A DNA stretch of 22,111 nt, from NCBI GenBank assembly GCA_037441705.1, contig JBBIRR010000056.1, positions 1 through 22,111 of the forward strand, written 5' to 3'. The position numbers and the translations under genes are program-made. This DNA is from Ignavibacteriales bacterium (GTDB lineage: Bacteria > Bacteroidota > Ignavibacteria > UBA10030 > UBA6906). The notes beneath the pieces are model-generated. The model ran no database searches. It was not told the origin of the DNA and was given only the letters and a program-made list of their open reading frames with translations. How positions within the stretch are numbered: position 1 is the stretch's first letter; each line of letters begins with the position of its first letter. Positions 1 to 8,488 of this stretch are shown piece after piece.

Positions 1-1351
1 AGGTTACAGGGGCGGCAGCGACCTCGACCTCGATCACGCTTCCATCCAGCCGTACAAATCGTTCCTCCACGAGCGGTACCTCTCTCCCGTCGGTCATTAT
101 TGCCCGGATGCGCTCTTTGACCAGAGCTTGAGAGTCCGGATGGACGAAATCGAGTGCGGCTTTGCCAAGCAGATCCTCGCGACGCTCAGCTCCTAACAGC
201 TTCACTGCTGCGGCGTTTACATAAACCATACGACCGTCGCAATGGACAGCAACAGCATCAGGAGAAAGTTCGACGAGTTGTCGGTAGCGTTCTTCGCTCT
301 CGCGTACTTTGTCTCTGAGCGCTTGCTTTTCGCGTAACTGCCTGGCTTCTTCTTCTGCCCGCACTCGAATGAGATTGTTCCTGTAGAGGAGTGTCGATCC
401 CCCGACGAGCACTACAATAACCAACCCGAGCAACATCATTGTTTGACGCAGACTCGTGCTGGTGAGTGCTGTAACCTTCTTGATGTCGGCGCTGACTACC
501 AGAACCCATGCAGCATTGGCCTGGTGAATGGGAGCAAACGTTGCCATGCGGTGGGAACCGCTCTCTAACAAAAACTCGAGCGATCCTTCACGTGCCAGAA
601 CAATCCGTTCGAAAGCATTCAACCCCTTGTGGCAATCCTGGCAGGGTCGGAGAGGCGTCCTCGATCCAGAAGAAGGAAGCGCCGGATGATCAGAGGCAAA
701 GTGGGCTTTTGCAGTCGTGTCGACAATCCAGAGGCGCGGCAATTCGCCGCCAAAGGCAACATCACCGATGATCTCATCGAGGTATCGGTGCAGCTCTATC
801 GTCATCGCAACCATCCCGATGAACTGCCCGTCGGTTGTGCCGTTCAGCGCAAATACCGGCGAAGCAAGGAGAATCGGGAAAGAATTCGTCGGCGCGCCGG
901 CGCTTCTCTTCTTGTCCCCTACAGCGGCGACGTACACTCCTCCTCTGGTGGTCTGCTGTTTTGCCCATGCATAGAAATCGCTTCCCGAATGGTTCGTCCC
1001 GATTGCCTGCGGCAGTGTTGAACAGACGATCGTTCCTCTCTCGTCATATACCGAAATCGTGCTCACATGATTCGCAGCGAGGCGTTCCCAGTATTTGTCG
1101 ATGTCTTCCTGTGTTTGCTTCCGATCGCGCATGCGAATCGAGCTCAAGGAGGCAAGCACCTGAACTCCTCGTACTCGAGCAGCAAGGTAGTCGTTCACAC
1201 GTACAGCAAGGTCACGCGCCAAGAGGAGCTGTTGGTTCTTGAATTCATTCTTGAATTCCTCCTCGACAGAGACCTGCAGTCGATAAGCGAGGAACGCAAC
1301 CAAGCCAATGATAATGCTCGTCGCGGCGAAGATGACTCTATTGAGTTTCAT
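1..1351 (-). CDS. Membrane-bound sensor protein (TM - dCache-like periplasmic region with CXXCH - TM - coiled coil - PAS), 3'-truncated by the window edge; probably a histidine kinase or other signal transducer
   Basis: Not in the ORF track. Manual translation from ATG at 1351 stays open to position 2: MKLNRVIFAATSIIIGLVAFLAY (TM1)...ISVYDERGTIV...ILLASPVF...FIGMVAMTIEL...PCQDCHK...WVLVVSAD...MMLLGLVIVVLVGGSTLLY (TM2)...RESEERYRQLVELSPDAVAVHCDGRMVYVNAAAVKLLG...DFVHPD...EERFVRLDGSVIEVEV (PAS S-box). The output domain lies outside the window. Confidence 0.88.
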   Translation of the reverse strand, partial: MKLNRVIFAATSIIIGLVAFLAYRLQVSVEEEFKNEFKNQQLLLARDLAVRVNDYLAARVRGVQVLASLSSIRMRDRKQTQEDIDKYWERLAANHVSTISVYDERGTIVCSTLPQAIGTNHSGSDFYAWAKQQTTRGGVYVAAVGDKKRSAGAPTNSFPILLASPVFALNGTTDGQFIGMVAMTIELHRYLDEIIGDVAFGGELPRLWIVDTTAKAHFASDHPALPSSGSRTPLRPCQDCHKGLNAFERIVLAREGSLEFLLESGSHRMATFAPIHQANAAWVLVVSADIKKVTALTSTSLRQTMMLLGLVIVVLVGGSTLLYRNNLIRVRAEEEARQLREKQALRDKVRESEERYRQLVELSPDAVAVHCDGRMVYVNAAAVKLLGAERREDLLGKAALDFVHPDSQALVKERIRAIMTDGREVPLVEERFVRLDGSVIEVEVAAAPVT

Positions 1352-1515
1352 AGCTGTTGCTCGTAACCTACACTATGGCGTCGCTACGTGAAACACCTGT
1401 ATCGGAGGTTGGCAACGCTACCGTTCCGGGGGACAGAACGTGTCGTGGGGAGGAGCGACGCAACTCTGCGCCGGCGGTAGGAACACTCTGTTAGGCTCTT
1501 TTTGTTTCTGCGGCG

Positions 1516-1544
1516 AATATACATACGCTCAACATTTTGCACAA
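1516..1544 (-). promoter_or_regulatory. Putative sigma70-type promoter of the sensor gene
   Basis: TTGTGC-N17-TATATT(CG) on the minus strand, about 165 bp upstream of ATG 1351. Confidence 0.5.
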
Positions 1545-1768
1545 ACCTTCTCGGCACGTCCCGTGACTACCGTCTCGAAAGCCCAAGGGGGCGTATCACG
1601 AGGATCCCCCTCGGCGATTCCCGTGCGGCAAAGAATTCCCCTGTATTCTTTTTTCGGCTGGTTGGACTTAAAAATTCAGCAAAGGCGCCATCAGGAATAT
1701 GGCTGCCACGGTGAGAAAAAAGGGATGCATGCCACGGGGCTGCTCACGAATGGAGTACGCCAGTCGGC

Positions 1769-3070
1769 TCAAGAAGCAAACGCCGCCTGCAAAGCCCTCC
1801 TGCTTGCAGCGATCGTGCGCTCGATGTCGGCTGCAGTATGGGCTGCCGAAAGGAACGCCGCTTCGAATTGCGACGGGGCGAGATAGATGCCCAGCTCCAG
1901 CATCGCCCGAAAGTACAGCGCAAACCGCTTCGTGTCCGCAGTGAGAGCGGTGGGATAGTCAACAACGTGTGTGGGGGTGAAAAACAGCGTGAACATCGAA
2001 CCAACGCGATTGAATGTGACCGGCACGCCAAGCGCTTTCACAATTTCGCCAATTCCTTCTTCCAACTGCTTGCCGAGAAGCTCAAGCTTCGCATAGAAGT
2101 CTTTATCCTCAGCAATGATGGTAAGCGTTTCGTAGCCCGCGGTCATCGCAAGTGGGTTGCCCGAAAGCGTACCGGCCTGGTACATCGGGCCGCTCGGTGC
2201 AACCATTTCCATGATCTCCTTTCTTCCGCCGTAGGCGCCAACGGGTAACCCGCCGCCGATAATCTTCCCGAATGTGGTGAGGTCGGGGGTGACGCCGTAC
2301 AGCTGTTGAGCACCGCTGGGAGCCAGACGAAATCCCGTCATCACTTCATCAAAGATGAGCAGGATGTTCCCTTTCGAACAAACTGCTCGCAGTCCTTCGA
2401 GGAATCCGGGCCGTGGCGGAATGCAGCCCATGTTTCCCACAACCGGCTCGAGAATGATGGCCGCGATTTCTCCTCTGTTTTGCTCGACAAGTTGCTGAAC
2501 GGAGTCGAGTGAATTGAATGTCGCGTTCAGCGTCAACCCTGCAAGCTGCGCAGGTACGCCAGGACTATCCGGCACACCGAACGTGAGTGCACCCGAGCCG
2601 GCCTTGATGAGAAACGAGTCACCGTGCCCGTGATAGCATCCTTCGAACTTGATGATCTTCTGCTTGCCGGTGAATGCGCGTGCCAGCCGGACAGCGCTCA
2701 TCGTGGCTTCGGTGCCGGAATTCACCATGCGCACCAGTTCAACCGACGGCACGAGTCTACAGATTAGCTCAGCCATCTTGATTTCAAGTTCGGTCGGTGC
2801 GCCGAAACTCGTACCGTCGAGGGCAGCTTTGCGCACCGCTTCGATGACTCGAGGATGAGCGTGACCGAGGATCGCTGGTCCCCACGTGCCGACGTAGTCA
2901 ATGTACTCGTTGCCGTCAACATCCCAGACTCGCGACCCCGAGGCACGCTTGATGAACAGCGGATTGCGTCCCACGGACTTGAAGGCACGCACGGGCGAAT
3001 TCACGCCGCCGGGGATTGAGCGCTTTGCTCGATCGAAAAGATTGTCAGATGTTCTTGTATTCAATGCCAT
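1769..3070 (-). CDS. hemL: Glutamate-1-semialdehyde 2,1-aminomutase
   Basis: [45 protein letters not shown] lysine in [24 protein letters not shown]. Confidence 0.98.
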   Translation of the reverse strand: MALNTRTSDNLFDRAKRSIPGGVNSPVRAFKSVGRNPLFIKRASGSRVWDVDGNEYIDYVGTWGPAILGHAHPRVIEAVRKAALDGTSFGAPTELEIKMAELICRLVPSVELVRMVNSGTEATMSAVRLARAFTGKQKIIKFEGCYHGHGDSFLIKAGSGALTFGVPDSPGVPAQLAGLTLNATFNSLDSVQQLVEQNRGEIAAIILEPVVGNMGCIPPRPGFLEGLRAVCSKGNILLIFDEVMTGFRLAPSGAQQLYGVTPDLTTFGKIIGGGLPVGAYGGRKEIMEMVAPSGPMYQAGTLSGNPLAMTAGYETLTIIAEDKDFYAKLELLGKQLEEGIGEIVKALGVPVTFNRVGSMFTLFFTPTHVVDYPTALTADTKRFALYFRAMLELGIYLAPSQFEAAFLSAAHTAADIERTIAASRRALQAAFAS

Positions 3071-3116
3071 CGTAGAGAGAAAAGGTTGGAGGAATGGATG
3101 AGCGAATCAGTCGAAT

Positions 3117-3311
3117 ATAGGAGCATAGGAGTAATGGAGTAATGGAGTTGTGGAGTTGTGGATTAATCGAATGCGATGGTGTAATGAGTAGAGGATTATC
3201 CATCGTTCCAATACTCCATCACTCTATCACCCCCAGCGCTCGAGTACTCCAGCACTCCAGCACTCCATCAATCCAACACTCCAACACTCCATCGCTCCGC
3301 TACTCCATCCC
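3117..3311. repeat. Inverted array of degenerate 8-bp tandem repeats in the hemB-hemL spacer
   Basis: Left arm ATAGGAGC ATAGGAGT AATGGAGT AATGGAGT TGTGGAGT TGTGGATT, then decaying (3117 to about 3196). Right arm has 14 units of TCCAnCAC type (3199-3311), which is the reverse-complement motif. Confidence 0.9.
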
Positions 3312-3331
3312 CGCACACGTCGGACATCGTT

Positions 3332-4363
3332 TCAGGTTCTGGTTTTGTCGAGATATGCCGCCGCTTCTTTTGCGAAGTATGTGAGAATGAGATCTGCGCC
3401 TGCGCGCTTGATGCCGGTGAGCATCTCCATCATCACACGCTCGCCGTCAATCCAGCCCAATCGCGACGCTGCTTTGACCATTGCATACTCGCCGCTGACG
3501 TTGTACGCGGCGGTGGGCATGCCGAACGTATCCTTCACGCGACGGATAATGTCGAGATAGGGCGTGGCAGGCTTGACCATCACGATGTCTGCGCCTTCGA
3601 TGATGTCCTGCTCGACTTCACGTAGAGCCTCGTCGGAGTTCGCCGGATCCATCTGATGCGAACGGCGGTCGCCAAACTGGGGCGTGCTTTCGGCTGCTTC
3701 GCGGAACGGGCCATAGAAACCGGAGGCGTATTTGGCCGCGTAAGACATGATGGGAATATTCTGAAACCCGTTCTCGTCCAGGATCCTGCGAATGGCCTGA
3801 ACGCGCCCATCGAACATATCGGACGGGGCAACCATGTCGGCGCCGGCCTGCGCATGCGTCAGCGCTTCGCGCGCTAAGAGTTCGATGGACTCGTCGTTGA
3901 TGATTTCGTTTCCGCGCACAATACCGCAGTGTCCGTGCGAGGTGTATTCGCACAGGCACACGTCGGTGATGACGACAAGCTCCGGCACTTCCTTCTTGAT
4001 TGCCCGCGCGGCCTGCTGAACCACGCCAAGCTCATCGTACGCCCCCGAACCGACTTCGTCCTTCTCTTCCGGTATGCCGAAGAGAATCACCGCCGGTATG
4101 CCCCGCTTCTTCACATCAACGCACTCGCGCACGATTTCATCTACCGACATCTGAAAAACGCCGGGCATCGAGGAGACTTCCTTCTTGAAGTTTTTCCCCG
4201 GAACGACAAACAGTGGGTAGATGAAATCGCTCTTCGACAGCTCCGTCTCACGCACCATCGACCGTAGCGGTTCCGTCATCCGCGTGCGGCGAAAGCGGCG
4301 GAAGGCGGAGAATGCTGTTTGGGTATCAGAACCCTTTATCAGTTTTTCGGTAGTTGGCATCAT
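3332..4363 (-). CDS. hemB: Porphobilinogen synthase (ALA dehydratase), Zn-binding type
   Basis: [14 protein letters not shown] Zn site, [38 protein letters not shown]. Confidence 0.98.
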   Translation of the reverse strand: MMPTTEKLIKGSDTQTAFSAFRRFRRTRMTEPLRSMVRETELSKSDFIYPLFVVPGKNFKKEVSSMPGVFQMSVDEIVRECVDVKKRGIPAVILFGIPEEKDEVGSGAYDELGVVQQAARAIKKEVPELVVITDVCLCEYTSHGHCGIVRGNEIINDESIELLAREALTHAQAGADMVAPSDMFDGRVQAIRRILDENGFQNIPIMSYAAKYASGFYGPFREAAESTPQFGDRRSHQMDPANSDEALREVEQDIIEGADIVMVKPATPYLDIIRRVKDTFGMPTAAYNVSGEYAMVKAASRLGWIDGERVMMEMLTGIKRAGADLILTYFAKEAAAYLDKTRT

Positions 4364-4461
4364 GTTGACCTCGTAGCGACGTTATTCATTCCGATGCTAT
4401 TAGCGGATAATCATGACCATGTTGAAACCACGCTCAATCCAAACTACTTTCATGCATTTCG

Positions 4462-4496
4462 GCGGAATAGCGGTCCAGCGAAGGACATTGTTAGGC
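4462..4496 (-). mobile_element. Left half of an integron attC-like site (cassette remnant)
   Basis: The minus strand reads GCCTAAC-AATGTCCTTCGC-TGGACCGCTATTCCGC. The RYYYAAC inverse core overlaps the reconstructed toxin stop codon, as in cassettes. No complementary right arm or GTTRRRY follows. Confidence 0.55.
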
Positions 4497-4767
4497 GTGT
4501 CTTAGCTGTTTCAATATCTTGTCATAATCGGAATGCGACCCTATCCAGAACCAGACTATTTCTGTCTCCTGTTGTATGCCTAAAGCACGATGATCTCTCG
4601 ATACGAATTGCATAAATCGTCCGCTTTGAATGTATTCGTTTGAACCGTAGCCCCGGATGATAGGGGTCTCTCTGGAACTGAGCGTAAGCTTTTCTTGCCT
4701 GTTCTTGGATATCCTTTGGTAAGCCTGCTAAGAGCTTCCGGAACTGGTCTGTGGTATGCGATATCAC
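4491..4767 (-). pseudogene. RelE/ParE-superfamily toxin, frameshifted near 4600
   Basis: The N-half MISHTTDQFRKLLAGLPKDIQEQARKAY...DPYHPGLRFKRI...IYAIRI continues in another frame as RDHRALGIQQETEIVWFWIGSHSDYDKILKQLRHA*, the family-type WFWIGSH C-terminus. It overlaps the antitoxin stop by GTGA. Confidence 0.8.
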
Positions 4768-4982
4768 AATTGATCGACATCCAATGGTGTTGTCTTGCCT
4801 TCTGCATGTTCCTTAAGTGCCTCATCAGCCAGCTTGTCTAACACATCTTCAGACTCAGCAAATGCTCTTTCCCATTTCCTGTCTGACACGATTTCATCAA
4901 TCAGCCATCGGGCTAAAGCATTTTGTTCCAATTCCGACAACTTTGACGCCTCTTCAAAGGCTTTCTCAAGAAGTTTTGTCAT
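4764..4982 (-). CDS. Putative type II antitoxin (72 aa, acidic)
   Basis: MTKLLEKAFEEASKLSELEQNALARWLIDEI..DRKWERAFAESEDVLDKLADEAL..HAEGKT. A GGAGG RBS at 4988-4992 supports ATG 4982 over the track's 5027 start. It lies directly upstream of the toxin. Confidence 0.8.
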   Translation of the reverse strand: MTKLLEKAFEEASKLSELEQNALARWLIDEIVSDRKWERAFAESEDVLDKLADEALKEHAEGKTTPLDVDQL

Positions 4983-5013
4983 TATTTGCCTCCGGCTGTT
5001 TTTTCCACTAATG

Positions 5014-5067
5014 GAACTCGAGTTCACGGTTCACAACGAATCTATCAAACAATACCATCGAAAACAA
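5014..5067 (-). promoter_or_regulatory. Putative TA promoter with a palindromic operator candidate
   Basis: TTGTTT-N17-TAGATT(CG) at 5067-5039, followed by the perfect 12-bp palindrome GAACTCGAGTTC at 5014-5025. Confidence 0.45.
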
Positions 5068-5108
5068 CCACGGCATCCCGGCAGGCTCTCCCAATCCGCT
5101 CGTGTGGA

Positions 5109-6524
5109 TTAACGGAGATTCGTGGGAGAAGATAACGACAAGGTAGTATCTCCAGCATCCACCAACGTCGTGACCTTCTCCGCGATTTTCTTTCCATTCA
5201 TCACACAATCCCCCACTGCAATGCCGCCGCGGAAATTGCTGCAGAAGAAAAGTCCCGGCGTTTCTGCTTCGCACCGATCAATCGCGTTCATAATGTTCAG
5301 GTAGCCAAGATTGTACTGCGGTATTGCCTTCTCCCATCGGATGACTTTGGAGAAAGCCGGCTCTCCCCTCACTCCCATGATCGCGCTGAGTTCTTCTGTC
5401 ACGATGCGGACCAGGTCTCGATCGTCATGCTTGCACAGTTCGGGTTGGCGCGATCCTCCGACGAATGTCGTGAGCGCGGCGTAGCCTTCGGGCGCCCGGT
5501 TCGGAAAAATGGCTGATGACCAGATCGTGCCGAGGATTTTCCGGTTTTCTTTTGCAGGAATAAGGAAACCAAAGCCGTCTAACGGTCTTGCGATCTGCTC
5601 TAACCGAAATCCGAGAAACACTTCTGCAACCGGCGGGTAGTATATGCCTGATAACATCTCGGCAAGCGGCGGCGAGAATGAAGTAACGAGTTGTGCAGCG
5701 TGCATCGCAGGGACGGCGATGACAACCATTTCTGCCTGCAGTGACTCGGGCCCGGCGTGCCCTTGAAGCATTACGGTGAACAATGAGCTGTTCGTTCGTT
5801 CAATCCCTACAACCTTCGTGGTCGTTCGCACGGCCGTACCAAGCATGCGTGCAATTGCCTGAGGAAATGTCTCCATGCCGTGGACGAACGAGAACATTTT
5901 CGCCCGATCTTTTGCCTTCTCCGCTCGCTGCCGCCGTTCTTTCGCCCCTCTGATCATTCCTTTGATCAGCCCGCCGTATTTCTCTTCGAGTGCATAGAGT
6001 TTCGGAAACGCGGCGCGAACACTCAACTGCTCCGGATTCCCTGCATACACGCCGGCAACAAATGGATTGATGGCATAGTCCAAGAACTCCTGCCCAAGCC
6101 GGCGTTGAACGAACTCCGCTATCGTCTCTTCCTTCTCGGCGCGGCCCACGAAAGGCTCTTTCAGCAGGCGCAGCTTTCCGCCGAATGTCCAGAGGCGACT
6201 GCGCAAGAACGCCTGAGGCGACATCGGAAGAGCGTGAAGCGTTCCGTCCCGCAGAATGTATCGTCTGTTCGATCTTTCATCGGCGTAGATGCGCTCGCCG
6301 ATAATCCCAAGCCCTTCAAACATCTCGCCGAACAGCGGTGTCGTTTCGAGGGCACTGTTCGGCCCCGTTTCGACCAGCCAGCCATCTTCACGCAGCGTAC
6401 GCATCGTGCCGCCAACTGTGCTGCCCTGCTCGAGGACGAGCACATCAACGCCGGCTTTCTTCAGCCAGTAAGCAACCGTCAGGCCTGATATTCCTCCGCC
6501 GATAACGACAACGCGAGCGCTCAT
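5109..6524 (-). CDS. hemY: FAD-dependent protoporphyrinogen oxidase (HemY/PgoX type, often annotated hemG)
   Basis: VIGGGISGL Rossmann motif, ETGPNS, PFVAGVYAG, GFGFL, LGTIWSS..FP.RAP, WEKAIPQY. Confidence 0.95.
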   Translation of the reverse strand: MSARVVVIGGGISGLTVAYWLKKAGVDVLVLEQGSTVGGTMRTLREDGWLVETGPNSALETTPLFGEMFEGLGIIGERIYADERSNRRYILRDGTLHALPMSPQAFLRSRLWTFGGKLRLLKEPFVGRAEKEETIAEFVQRRLGQEFLDYAINPFVAGVYAGNPEQLSVRAAFPKLYALEEKYGGLIKGMIRGAKERRQRAEKAKDRAKMFSFVHGMETFPQAIARMLGTAVRTTTKVVGIERTNSSLFTVMLQGHAGPESLQAEMVVIAVPAMHAAQLVTSFSPPLAEMLSGIYYPPVAEVFLGFRLEQIARPLDGFGFLIPAKENRKILGTIWSSAIFPNRAPEGYAALTTFVGGSRQPELCKHDDRDLVRIVTEELSAIMGVRGEPAFSKVIRWEKAIPQYNLGYLNIMNAIDRCEAETPGLFFCSNFRGGIAVGDCVMNGKKIAEKVTTLVDAGDTTLSLSSPTNLR

Positions 6525-7519
6525 GGCTCTACCCTCCTGCCAACTTCTTTCAGCACAAGATCGGCGAGGGCTTGAATGAACAACGGACTTGTGTTCAGCG
6601 CCGGCATCATATCAAAATGCTGAATGCCAAGGTGTTCCGCCTGTTCCCGTGCTTCAATGTTTATCTCGGAGAGTGTTTCAATGTGGTTAGAAACAAACGC
6701 TATCGGGATGACGATCATGTGCGTGACGTGTTCTTGCGCGAGCCGCTCGATGGTCTGTTCCAGCGATGGCTCGAGCCATTTCTGCGGACCTACCTTGCTC
6801 TGAAAACAAAGATGATGCGGCAGGCCGAAGTTTCCTTCACGTATCACGGCCTCAACGGTGAGGCGAATCTGATGCGAGTACGGATCGCCTTGCTTCACGA
6901 GCTTCATCGGTGTGCCGTGCGCGCTGAACACCAGATGAACGCGTGAACGCTCCTCCGGTTTGGTCCTCTCCAAACACGTTCTGATGTTCTCGACGATGGC
7001 TTTGATGTAGAGAGGATGATCGTAGTACTGCTCGATGAGTGTCGTCGGAATGCCCTTCCGTTGTTGCGCTTGAACAACGCGGTTCCACTCATTCACGCTT
7101 GAGCCGGTCGTTGACTTCGAGTACTGAGGATAGAGAGGCAAGAGGATAATACGTTCGACATTATCTTCATACACACGGCGAACGGCTTCGTCGGTCATGG
7201 GATGCCAGTAACGCATTGCTACGTACACAGTTGCGTTCATCGACTTCCGAAGCTCGGTTTCAAGTGCGGCCGCTTGTGCGTTGGTAAGTTTCAGAATGGG
7301 AGATTTCCCGCCGATAGCTTTGTACAACTCCTGAACCTTCGGCGCGCGCTTGCGGGAGATGTAGCGCGCAAGAGATCGTCGAAACAAGAATGCAAAAGGA
7401 AGGTCAATGATATCCGGATCGCTAAACAGATTGAACAGGAATGGTTCGACGCTTTCCAGCGAGTCCGGCCCGCCTAATTGAAGTAACACAACACCAATAC
7501 GTTTCGAGTCGCCTGTCAT
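6521..7519 (-). CDS. hemH: Ferrochelatase
   Basis: LLQLGGP, IGGKSPI, AMRYWHP, LPLYPQYS..TTGSS, FSAHG, GDPY, FQSKVGPQKWLEP, AFVSNHIETLSEI. Confidence 0.98.
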   Translation of the reverse strand: MTGDSKRIGVVLLQLGGPDSLESVEPFLFNLFSDPDIIDLPFAFLFRRSLARYISRKRAPKVQELYKAIGGKSPILKLTNAQAAALETELRKSMNATVYVAMRYWHPMTDEAVRRVYEDNVERIILLPLYPQYSKSTTGSSVNEWNRVVQAQQRKGIPTTLIEQYYDHPLYIKAIVENIRTCLERTKPEERSRVHLVFSAHGTPMKLVKQGDPYSHQIRLTVEAVIREGNFGLPHHLCFQSKVGPQKWLEPSLEQTIERLAQEHVTHMIVIPIAFVSNHIETLSEINIEAREQAEHLGIQHFDMMPALNTSPLFIQALADLVLKEVGRRVEP

Positions 7520-7543
7520 AGCGTTTTTGCGTTGTCCGTCGCG

Positions 7544-8488
7544 TTATTTGACCCACTCTCGCGGCACGCGCAACACTTCGAGCAACCTCGCTTCGGGCGA
7601 GTTCGGTTCCGGTTGCATGTTGTAGTGCCACTCGGCTTTCGGCGGCAGCGACATCAGAATGGATTCGATCCGGCCCTTCGTCTCGAGGCCGAACATCGTC
7701 CCGCGATCGTACACCAGATTGAATTCGACATACCTTCCGCGCCGGACGGCCTGCCACTGTCGCTCGCGCTCACCCCATGGCTCGTCTTTTCGTTTTCGCA
7801 CGATCGGCACGTACGCATCGAGAAAAACGTCGCCGACGCTCTGAACGAACTCGAAGTAGTGCTCGGCATCGCCGCGCAGATAATCGAAGAAGAGACCGCC
7901 AACCCCCCGCGTCTCTTCACGATGCTTGATGAAGAAATACTCGTCGCACCACTTTTTGAATCGACGATAGTACGTTGGATCATGCTTGTCGCATGCCGCT
8001 TTGAGCGTCGCATGGAAATGCGAAACATCTTCTTCATAGAGATAGAACGGCGTCAGGTCGCAACCCCCGCCGAACCAGTAGTCCCCATGTGCCTGTTCAA
8101 AGTAGCGAAAGTTTGCATGCACCGACGGGACCATCGGGTTGAGCGGGTGAATGATGAGCGAGACGCCTGTGGCATAAAATGTCGTTGGCGGAACGTTCAT
8201 CTTCAGGGCAATGCTTTCCGGCAAGCCGCCGAAGATGGTCGAGCTGGCAACACCCGCCTTCTCGAACACACGGCCTCTTTGCAACACGCGCGTCAATCCC
8301 CCGCCGCCCGATTTGTCCGGATGCCGACCGTCGGCGCGTTCCCAGCGGTCCTCGCTGAAGCGCTGCTCCGGCTCGAACTCCTGCAATGCTGAGCAGATGT
8401 GTTGCTGTAACTGCTCGAAGTAAACCCGCGCCCGTTCGGCCAGCGGAGTGTCGCTCACGCTTCGCTTTTTTGCAACATCATCACTCAT
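7544..8488 (-). CDS. hemF: Oxygen-dependent coproporphyrinogen III oxidase
   Basis: VFEKAGV, HPLNPMVPSVHANFRYF, WFGGGCDLTP, FKKWCDEYF, RGVGGLFFD, RRGRYVEFNLVYDRGT.FGL, ESILMSLP. Confidence 0.98.
   Translation of the reverse strand: MSDDVAKKRSVSDTPLAERARVYFEQLQQHICSALQEFEPEQRFSEDRWERADGRHPDKSGGGGLTRVLQRGRVFEKAGVASSTIFGGLPESIALKMNVPPTTFYATGVSLIIHPLNPMVPSVHANFRYFEQAHGDYWFGGGCDLTPFYLYEEDVSHFHATLKAACDKHDPTYYRRFKKWCDEYFFIKHREETRGVGGLFFDYLRGDAEHYFEFVQSVGDVFLDAYVPIVRKRKDEPWGERERQWQAVRRGRYVEFNLVYDRGTMFGLETKGRIESILMSLPPKAEWHYNMQPEPNSPEARLLEVLRVPREWVK

Noticed and set aside
258-1366. Several short track ORFs (258-509, 508-771, 629-1021, 835-1242, 1067-1366 and others)
   Set aside because: All overlap the long minus-strand sensor ORF (1-1351) and have no recognisable motifs
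1352-1768. 417-bp spacer as a riboswitch/ncRNA, an ORF (1440-1886) or a hemL terminator
   Set aside because: No recognisable RNA motif, the ORFs look like noise, and the T-run near 1715-1721 lacks a convincing stem
3142-3384. 80-aa ORF, or a CRISPR interpretation of the repeats
   Set aside because: The ORF is simply a translation of the octamer array; there are no repeat-spacer units and no cas genes
4522-4825. Track ORFs 4522-4767 (as an intact toxin) and 4580-4825
   Set aside because: The first has an out-of-frame tail and the second is an alternative-frame overlap
7532-8392. 286-aa plus-strand ORF (likewise 14873-15748 and 21043-21843)
   Set aside because: Antisense shadows of hemF, acs and the fibre gene, expected from GC-rich codon usage
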